Assembly: GCA_951406725.2 (NCBI GenBank)
Contig: OX597819.1
Location: forward strand, 35,216,001-35,280,000
DNA from: Octopus vulgaris
Taxonomy: Eukaryota
DNA: 64,000 nucleotides
Direction: 5' to 3'
The notes beneath the pieces were generated by a model. It saw only the letters and a list, made by a program, of their open reading frames with translations, made no database searches and was not told the origin of the DNA. Of the stretch, positions 54,501 through 64,000 are shown in pieces. Both the position numbers and the translations under genes were made by a program. How positions within the stretch are numbered: the first letter of the stretch is position 1; each line of letters starts with the position of its first letter.

Positions 54501-56601
54501 AAACTTAAATTTGACAAAATATACTACTTTTACAGTGTGCAAACGAAAGAAGACATTTTATTTTCTACACTTTGCAATACAGAAAATCTAAACCTGACAC
54601 CATATGTGCAATGCTGTAAAAACTTTTTGTGAAGACTTATCAGACATTAAATTTAGTCAAGCAATAAGAGAGAAATTGAAGATGATCTAAAGCATAATAA
54701 AGTAACAATCAAAGCTGAATAAACTAACAGGTCTCTGTACAATATGTTATAAACGTTTGGAGGTACAGTTAAAAAAAAACACAGGTAAAGAATATAAATA
54801 AATTGAACATTCTGGAATGTAGTAAGAATTTCTGTATGAAATTATTTTTTGGTATAAACATGGATTGAATATTAGCACTCAGCAATTATAATGTCAAACT
54901 GTCAAATATGTCTTAAAAAGCAAAGTACAAATAACAATTTTCAAAACTGCAATTACTTTCTGGCAATGGTTTGCATTAAGCATCTCTAAAAGTTGTTTCA
55001 ACACTATCTATTAATAAGAGAACACTACTTAATTTGATAATCACTTAGACACCTTTAAATACATATATTTACATACATTCATACATACACATATAAAATC
55101 TTTACCATTTTCTCAGGATGAGCAGTAGTAAAGCTTGGTGGGTAAAACATTTGGTCAAGTCACGTCTGTAATCTCACTATAAGTAAGCAAAGGCAACCAA
55201 ATTTCCTATCAGTTTTTAGTCATGAATGGTGTCATATGCCTACATGTAAGTTTATTTACTATCATGTAATTATTACAAGTACAGAAGAGGTTGAAGAGAA
55301 TGATGTAGTAAAGTTTCTATGGATAACGACATCTTTGTTTTACAAACTAACGAAAGCAATTTTGTATATAAGAAGATCCCATACAATTGATAGTTTCAGT
55401 TAGCAAGACTTATTGGAATGTAGTTAAGAGAGAGATTAGAAATTTCTCACTTGGCTAGTATTTACCATATTACCATACAGAGAAAACAAGAAACCCCGTG
55501 AGTATAAAATGTACAAAATGAGAGTTATTCAGTTTAAATAATGATCTTTAAGGTGGTATGATTTCATTACATAAGCTGCTTAGCTATAATTTGGTTCACT
55601 GATAACATGTAATAAGAACTTTTAAGAAATCCCATCCCTATAATGTTTATCAACAAGCTAGTCACTAATATATTTTTTTAATATTGACTAGATTTTTCTT
55701 ATAGATAACAAAAATAACACTGCATAATGACAGAAATTACTTCAGTTTAGATATAGAATTAGGTTTCTTCTACAAGAAAAATTAATTACCAAATTCCAAG
55801 AAATATTTTGCCAATACAAATGGAGAAATGGAAAAAGAACAATTTTGAAAAGCATAAAGAAAATAGCTATTGATTAAAAATTAATAAAAATAAGAACAAT
55901 TTGTGGATGGTCTTATTAACAATGAGAAGCCATGGAGTAAATAGCATTGCATAGGCAGGATAGAAACAGAGATAAAGCTTTATCTACAATAAAACGCAAA
56001 AGTTAACTAATCCAAAAATATTACTGTAATCTCACACTTAACAGTAGCAAAACAATCTTAGGTGGTTTTAGTAGATGAAAACGGTGGGAAGAAAGAGGGC
56101 TTTATTTACAGAATTAAAAACAAAGTTGATAACAAAAAATAAAAAAACACCATGAATCCACTTCACAGCTGATAGAGAAGAAAAGAAATGCATTTATCTG
56201 GTTTTCTTCGAATGCATTTACTTGTTATTTATGAGCTGTAACTCACATTAGTTCAGGAACAGTGGACTAAACATACTCACTCACATGGCATTACAGTATC
56301 AAAAATTACATTAACTATATTGTAATTGTTTTATGTATGAAAACATTTACTTCTAACATTGAATGCCCCCTTGTAGGGATCAATGTGTTTATTATATACA
56401 AGTTGTTAATTACCACAAATAGAAGTTTAGTCAATGAAAGGAAGAATTAGGCAATATGCTTTCTTGCATAAAGGTAGCAGCTGAAACTGATACCAAAACA
56501 CAACCATTTCTAATTAAAATACTGCAGAAATAAATGATCTATAATTTTCCTATAAATTGGCTATTTGTGAAGAAAGTTGGTAAGAAGATTTTGTGTGTGT
56601 G

Positions 56602-56655
<54 letters not shown>

Positions 56656-57607
56656 ATATAATATAATATTATATTATATTGGTTCAGATAGAATATGACT
56701 ATTAATAATCAATTAGGAAATTGATGACTAATCATTTAAACTTAATTAAAATAAAATAACTATTGTCTGAAGAAATTGTTGCAGTTATGGTGAAATACAA
56801 CATTGATTTGAAGAGATTATTTTATCCGATACTTTAATAGGATTGTTAGAAAGAAGAAATTTTCAAAAGGCCATCTTAATTCATTGGAAAGATCTTAAAC
56901 TGTCATGAAAGCATCCTGTGAACCTTTTTATTAAAGGCTTTTCTCTCCAACTTTTCTAAATCAATATTTATTGAGAATTTAAAAAGGAAATAAAAAATTT
57001 TTTAACAATATTTCATCTTAAATATTTTAAGTGATACATACAATAAAAAGAAGAAAAAAAAACACTTACAATTAGAAAAAAAAGTTATTTTGATGAACTA
57101 TACTCATTCACAGAAATCAAAATATAAAAACTATTTTTTTTTATAATGAATAATAATAATTTTTCTTTTCTTTTCAAATGAAATTTTAAAAAATTTTAAA
57201 TCAAGAAATAATCTTTTTTGTCAAAATTATATTTTGATTTGCATCATTAAAAATACCCAAAATTATATTTAAAAAAATACAGTTTCTACTAGAAAAAAAT
57301 TACATAAATGCAGTTTGCTAATCAATATGTCTTATGCAGAGAGAAAAAAAGAGAGAGACAAAAGAAATATAGAATTTAACTTGCTTCTCAACATGAAGAT
57401 CCTTTGACAAAATCTCCAAGGGGAAGGGGAAGAAGGATGTACATCAACATTCATTCTTTTAGTTAAACATCTACAGGATGCCATTCATACATGTCAAAGG
57501 AATTTGTAGCACAGTTCACAGCTTATATAATACAACTCAAGATGGATAATAAACTGCAAAAGACATCATTGTTGCCAGTTTCAAACTTCTTGCTTCAGGC
57601 CCAAATC
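51600..57607 (-). other. Probable long 3' UTR of the minus-strand gene
   Basis: ~6 kb almost free of SINEs directly after the stop codon; AATAAA on the minus strand near 51577 and 51697; exact end unknown. Confidence 0.45.
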
Positions 57608-58152
57608 TTACAAGTACATACCATTGATGAGGTAATCTGCTTCATTTGAATGTAGAGCTCTACCTTTGCGTAGTCTGCGTTTCACACGGTGTAAACGGCA
57701 GCCAACAAAGATTAACAACATAGTTGTGAAGGAGAGTCCAAGAGCAAGGGCCACAATAGGGCCTTGTGCATTGTCTGAAGGACTTGCTACGACAACCTTT
57801 TTCTTCAGAATGTAGTTGGAATGTTCAAAGAATTTAGCTGCGCTTTTTATTGGTTTCTGTGTAACGGAGTTATTCTGATGTAAAGTTGTTGATCTTGTAG
57901 TTGTAGATTCCTTGCTGCTGGCTACAACAGGATCATTCTCACTTTTACCGTTCACTTTGTCTTTATTATCATTATCAGTAGATGCTGCATTGGAATGGAC
58001 AGTTCCATCAGTTTCTGCTTTATAGTCTGTATTTGTGTTTGCTGCTTGCATTTTGCTCTCAGTATGGAATCTTGTTTTAGGATGATCTTGAGCATCAGGC
58101 CTAACATCTGGTGACATGTTCTTACCTAGGTTAGGTTGCTGCTGTTGATTAC
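57608..58152 (-). CDS. Last coding exon of a type I membrane protein (S/T-rich stalk, TM helix, DYLINGMYL tail; MANSC1/C11orf24-like)
   Basis: Acceptor tctttattcttcag at 58153, phase 1; mucin-like stalk, TM IVALALGLSFTTMLLIFVGC, basic stop-transfer RLHRVKRRLRK, tail EADYLINGMYL*. Confidence 0.85.
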
Positions 58153-58312
58153 CTGAAGAATAAAGAATATATTCTGTAATATATTCATGCTGTCTCTAGT
58201 TGTTCTATAATTTTACTTACTTTTCCATTGCTCTACTAAATGACTGATGTAAAACTTCATCACCAAATGAATTATGTAAATTACCACTGAAGTCAAACAT
58301 ATCACAATAGAA

Positions 58313-58864
58313 CAGGGGTTGCTGAACAAGTGGGGTAAAAACGAAATTCTTGGTGGGTAATGAGGACCCATTAGACGTACATAAAATTATAAAAAAACAT
58401 GTTCCTTGTTATGACAGAAATTTTTCTTCTGGCATGAGAAGGCAGTCAAAAAGTTACCTTTTGCAACAACCTACCTCTCCAAACAAGGATTTTCCACTCT
58501 AATGAACATAAAAACAAAGCAGAGTAATCAATTGGAACCTGAAGACTGTATCCAAAATTGTTCTGGCATCAAAATGTTCCAATTTTGATGTAATTGTAAC
58601 AAAAATGAAACATCATTTCTCCAAAACCTGGAGTGAAAAGGTTTCTAGAAAAATCCTTTTGTTCTATAATGAGGACATTAATTTATTTTATTGCATTTGT
58701 TTTATACTTTTTATATTTATAATTGTATTCTCCATATAAATAGATTCAATAACATTTTTGAATTTAAGGTATCTATGGTTCTTTTCCTTTCAAATCAAGG
58801 GGGTAACGTCAGCATAAATAAATATATTTTAGAGTAATTGATTAAAAAAGATCCCCGTCCCCTG
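58313..58864. mobile_element. hAT MITE with 8-bp TSD
   Basis: CAGGGG...CCCCTG termini; flanks CAATAGAA / CAATAGAT. Confidence 0.75.
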
Positions 58865-59812
58865 CAATAGATTATTAACTGGAATTCCATAACTTAGACA
58901 GAAGAGTAAGAGTAGTGCTTGTGACATTTTCAGGGCCTCTGAAACTGGTGGGAGCAGGGCGGAGAAGAAGTTATTTATTCTTAAACCAAAAACTTGGCAT
59001 GAGTGCTTGCAACAAATGGACTCAAGGGCCAGATGATGGCATTAAACTGAATGATGGATTAAGTCTATCACCCCAAAACAGGAACAGTCCTTCTGAATGC
59101 TCTCAACACACTGCCTCTGTTCACAAAACTTCACTGACAAGACTTTAACTCTCTTGTTGAAATATACTGCTTTTGTTTTAGCAGATTTTCAAAAGTAACG
59201 AAAAATTTTTTTAAATAACTTTGTTGTTATTAAGTTGGTGTTTGGAACACGAGTTAACATGAAATTTTGAAGGAAGATTTTGATTTAGATCACTTGAATC
59301 TGCCAAACATGGTTATAGGAGTAGAATTAATGATTTATGTATATTGATAAAAAAGAAATAATGTCTAAGATAGATGTAAACAAGAGTACATAGAGGTTTG
59401 AAGGTGTAGAATTACAAAATCATGTGGTAATTATAGGATAGTAGCTTCAATAATATTTTTTAAACTGGTTCAGGCATTAAATATGATAAACTGCAATATT
59501 GAACCTCAACATTTAAGAAGTATGTTATACATAGTAGAATGTCTAAAAAGGTCCAATACATTATTTCTACAGTGAAGCCGAATTATAGTTAGCAGAAGTA
59601 GGGAATTATATGTTTGTATTGCTAAAGTTAAACTTTATTAGTGTATGTTCAGTATTCAAGAATAAGTTAGATATGGTTACCATATAGGAGCTATTCAAAT
59701 TTAGAGTGCCAGCACCAATGGGGAAAAAGTATTTTCACAGCAGGCAGAATATTTGAATATGGTTCAATACGTTATCTATCATTGAGGTGGAAATAAATTA
59801 TGGCTAACAAGC

Positions 59813-60020
59813 TAGGGAATTATTCAATTGTATTGATCTAGGTAGTAAAATGCCTGGATAGGATTTAACACATTATTGATTAAGGTAAGACTAAATTATG
59901 GTTAACCAAGGTAGGGAATTATTCAATTGTATTGATCTAGGTAGTAAAATGCCTGGATAGGATTTAACACATTATTGATTAAGGTAAGACTAAATTATGG
60001 TTAACCAAGGTAGGGAATTA
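59813..60020. repeat. Exact 99-bp tandem duplication
   Basis: TAGGGAATTA starts at 59813, 59912 and 60011 with identical intervening sequence. Confidence 0.95.
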
Positions 60021-60169
60021 GCAAGCATACATGAATTATTTAGATATAGGTACTGCCAATCATGGGTAAGAAGAATTCCTACAAATAGCAGAATGTGTGA
60101 ATAAAAGTATAGAATTTATTCAAAGCATTGATCTATAATGTTAATTAGTGTGGATGCGATGATTAAGTG

Positions 60170-60628
60170 TAATGCTAGGTGTAGTTAGATTGTAGGAAAG
60201 ATTTATACCTAAGGTGCTGGCATCTTACAATCAAGATATTATGCTGATTAATAATATTCAAATTTATTAATATGGAATGCCTCAGATACACAAACCCCAT
60301 ACCAGCCACTGAAACCTCAATATGGTTATGCATTAAATACAATGGACCAAGCAATTTTAAATTCAATATTATTATCAGTGAGAGAATGTATGAATTTAGC
60401 TAAAGATGTACTATTAGCCATTTCTTTATGCTTAAATGTAGATTTGTGATTATTTCAGCAAAGTTTGAATGAGGAACAGGGTACACCAATGTAAATGTGT
60501 TCTTTACCAAAAATTTAAGAGCACGTATATACTATATTTTTCCTGAGGCATTGGTTATTAATGGGACACAGTAACTTATCATGACAGTTATATAGAGCAA
60601 AATTATTTTGATTATTAATGGTTCAGCT

Positions 60629-60675
<47 letters not shown>

Positions 60676-62330
60676 AGTACTGTTATTGGAATCAAGAACA
60701 TTGGCATATTGATTATTTGCAATAGATATTACATTGCTACTATTTAGGAGGCTAGAAGTTGCAATATTAGATGTACTGTCAATTGTTGTATGGTTTAATT
60801 TACTAAGGTTAAATCTTGCTATATATTCAGCAATATTAGTAATAGACATGGTAGAGTATGCTAGTTTAATTGCGTGTCTACTGAAAATTTTATATGGGCT
60901 ACATTTAGAGAAGTGTTTATCCAAAGTTAGAAAAAAATTTCAATCCACATTTGAAGCAACATTTAGACTGCATGGGGGATTAAGCCACAAAATATTCTTA
61001 TACAAATTATTTTTACATTTATCCTTATTTCTAAGTTTATTCAGATCAAATGCGGTAGTTTGGTTGTTATGATAATTAATCATATTACCTGATTTAAATA
61101 TCTTATTATTGTTGTTGTTCTTCTTATGGTTATTATAATCATTATTAATATTGGTAGTACTACTAGCACTATTATTAGTGTTATTATTAATACTATTGGT
61201 ACTATTATCAGTATTATTATTATTATTATTATTAAAGACATGACACAGTACTCATTGCTGAGTTCTTTCCCTGCCTATTTACAATTTTTTCCATCCTTAC
61301 ATGGATTGTGTCATTTATGTAGGTTTTGTGGCTATTCACAGTTATATTGGGCATATCATGGGGACAACTCATATTAATTTTATTAACTCTATTGCTTTCA
61401 GGCAGTATATAATTGAAATTGTCATCATTATATTTAGGGAAATATGCTTAATTTCTCTTTATAACCAGCAGTAGCTAGAGCTTCATTATAGTAACTAGCA
61501 TGTTGGGTAAAAATGTGGTTAGTAGAGAACAATGATATATTAGAAGATGCATTATATACTATGGAACATATGATGGCTTTTGGATGATTTGAGAAGCGAT
61601 TTACTTAATCATGATGCTGGTTTGACTTATTGAAAGGTTTAAAGAGACCTGTACTAAAATCTAAAGTAATTCTAGGAAGTTTGCTATTTTATATCATCAT
61701 CATCGTTTAAAGTCCGTTCTCCATGGTAGCATGGGTTGGACGGTTCGACCGGGGATCTGGGAAGCCAGAAGGCTGCACCAGGCTCCGGTCTTATCTGGCA
61801 AAGTTTCTACAGCTGGATGCCCTTCCTAACACCATAGATGTCACCAAATGTAATAGAGGAACCTACATTCCTAAAGTGTCTAATACAATTTTTCTTAGTT
61901 CTAACAAATACATTTTTAATCTAACAAACAAGAGAAAGAGCTCTCAATACATATTGTAGAATATATAACTGATGATCCACTCTGTTACTGATCAAAGTTT
62001 TCACTGAATACAATCCTTCAGCTATCCATTGATGTTGCTTAGTGTTGTCTCATTTATAACATCATAGGAGAGGATGAGAAAATATACCAGATTATGACAA
62101 TAAAAATATACAATGGCATTTAATGCATGGATGTCTGAGTATTTAAAAAAAATACTTGGTGTAACATATCTGTTTTGATTTCATATAACTGAGACTGCAA
62201 ATAGGTACACTGCATGTAAAAAGACAACAACTAAAAGTATTGGCAACAGGAAGGGGATACATGGCTATAAAATACCACCTCAGAAAAACCACCCAACCTA
62301 TAACAGTGTAGAAAAAGAGAACATAAAACA
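60170..62330 (-). mobile_element. Decayed Penelope-like element (RT C-terminus, linker, GIY-YIG), probably Naiad-type
   Basis: TGLFKPFNK..SNHPKAI..YYNEALATAGY; NILWLNPPCSLNV..DKHF..KIFSRHAIKLAYSTM; YNCHDKLLCPINNQCLRKNIVY..IYIG..NNHKSTF; retroposon insertion at 61693-61832. Confidence 0.85.
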
Positions 62331-63219
62331 CAACTGAAGTTATTGGCCCTTATAATAAGGAGTGAAAAATAAACCGTAGTAAACCACTTGTTATATGAAA
62401 GGGGCTATGAAAGAGTAGTTGTAGTAAAAATTAAAGTCACAATTTTAAATAATTCTATTGAGACTTGTTCTCTATATGATTTTAAGTTTTGAGGTAATCC
62501 TTTTTATTAAGTTTGTTCTCTCTCTCATGAAGCACTGCTTAAATTATAGATTGCAATATTTATGGAGATGTTTTATAAATTCTTCTAAAAAAATCTACCA
62601 ATCAACATTGAACTGGTGATTTATTTTGGCAATTGTCTTAAAAATAGGCTAAAGAGGGTGACATGGCTTGCTAGAAATAACAGCCAAATATCTCTCAAAG
62701 TACAACTTGGTGTCTTAAAAACAGGAAGGACATTAAATAATGTCACTTTAGACATCCCTAAAAAGATGGGATAGTTGTAACTTGAATGCCATTGATACTA
62801 ATTCTGCTTAATTATGGCTAACCTAGGGCTAAAGACAACTACTGTCTTTAGAATGGACATATTTGGCAATGTTGTCCAAAGTAGACTGTGTCTGATAAAA
62901 AAGTCAGGCTAATCATGGCTGGACTGCCTCTAATCATAAGTCTGCTTTCTGCTTACTAATATTCATTTTAGAACTGAACAACAATGATTTGAAGGAGCTA
63001 GAAATAGCAATCAAATCTCCCTTAAATACTGTTCCAGGACTTAGATAAAACAGTCCTAAATACTCCAAAGGCTGGACAGATCACACATCTGCTTGAACAG
63101 GATTGCATTTGGAGTAAATGATAAACACCAATAGTTTCCCCTTCATATGAAAAATGCAGACTGTAAAAAGCGTTTTTGTTAATGAAACATTGAGTTGAGA
63201 GAACTCTCTTAATCTTACA

Positions 63220-63480
63220 AGGAACATGACAACCTTACTAGTGCTGGTGCCTTGATAAAATGTACTTCTGTAAAGTGGTTGGTGAATAAGTGGAGACAAC
63301 GTAGGGTTGAGACAATGGTTTAGTCTTGTCTCATTGAGAACATGACAACCTCATCAGTGCTGGTGCCCTGATGTACCCAATATGTTCTGTAAAGTGGTTG
63401 ACAAATAAATGGAGACAACATAAGACTGAGAGGATCTTTAGTCTTGTCAAGGACATGACTCACTAGTGGTGGTACCATGG
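63220..63480. repeat. Degenerate ~115-bp tandem repeat inside an old retroposon
   Basis: ACATGAC..AGTG(C/G)TGGT(G/A)CC recurs near 63223, 63339 and 63453; CTGTAAAGTGGTTG..GGAGACAAC occurs twice. Confidence 0.7.
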
Positions 63481-64000
63481 AAAAAAAAAGGCACACAGTG
63501 TACTGTAAAGTAGTTGGTATAGACTATTCAGTGATAGAAACGAAGCCAAAAAACAAAATATATGAGTGTGATGTGGTCTTTTGACCCATCTATGTGGGCA
63601 GTAACTCTAAATAGAACTGACTCAGACCACAAACAACCCCCAGCCCATGCCATCCTTGAAAGAGAATGTAAAATGATGATGATGATGTGTGTTAAATGAA
63701 AGAAACCAAGATTGGCTTTGGAAGGAAAAATTGAGTACGACCTGTTGGGTGTGTAATACTAATCAGAGAAGGAAAGATAATGAACACAAGCATAGAGGAG
63801 CAGTCAGACCAAGCATAAAAGAGGAGTGAGTAGAAGCATGGAGAAAGCAGAGTGAGTACATTAGACTGCACAGAAGACAAGATGTAGAATTTAATATGAC
63901 AAAGGGACAATGTACTGAATATCTGGACAGTCCATGTTATTATGGTAATTCGTGAATGTTAAAAACGATGATGATGACAATAACAACATTGACAACAACA

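Noticed and set aside
60440-60600. Possible selenocysteine codons in the PLE endonuclease
   Set aside because: Knuckle Cys positions are TGT/TGC (one is TAT); the in-frame TGA codons fall at non-Cys positions among other stops; no SECIS recognised

Overview
AT-rich, microsatellite- and SINE-dense eukaryotic DNA. The SINE families and overall texture suggest a coleoid cephalopod, probably Octopus (inference). No prokaryotic features. Host genes: (i) the last coding exon (57608-58152, minus) of a single-pass membrane protein ending DYLINGMYL (MANSC1/C11orf24-like tail), followed by a ~6 kb repeat-poor probable 3' UTR; (ii) five short plus-strand candidate exons (4756, 22054, 33762, 38427, 42068) that may be the 3' end of a convergent gene, possibly with switchable C-terminal tails (CCLC*, YDEL* and others). 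The rest is mostly decayed mobile DNA: Helitrons, Penelope-like elements (PLEs), mariner/Tc1 and Chapaev-like transposase relics, MITEs, RTE fragments, many tRNA-derived SINEs and a tRNA-Phe pseudogene. Most notable: an apparently intact type I hammerhead ribozyme with a 43-nt stem II insert (5094-5175, minus), a second near-intact hammerhead (48200-48252), several long fold-back inverted repeats, and the candidate alternative-tail exon set. Most listed ORFs are microsatellite or repeat artefacts. Family names come from motif recognition, not database searches.
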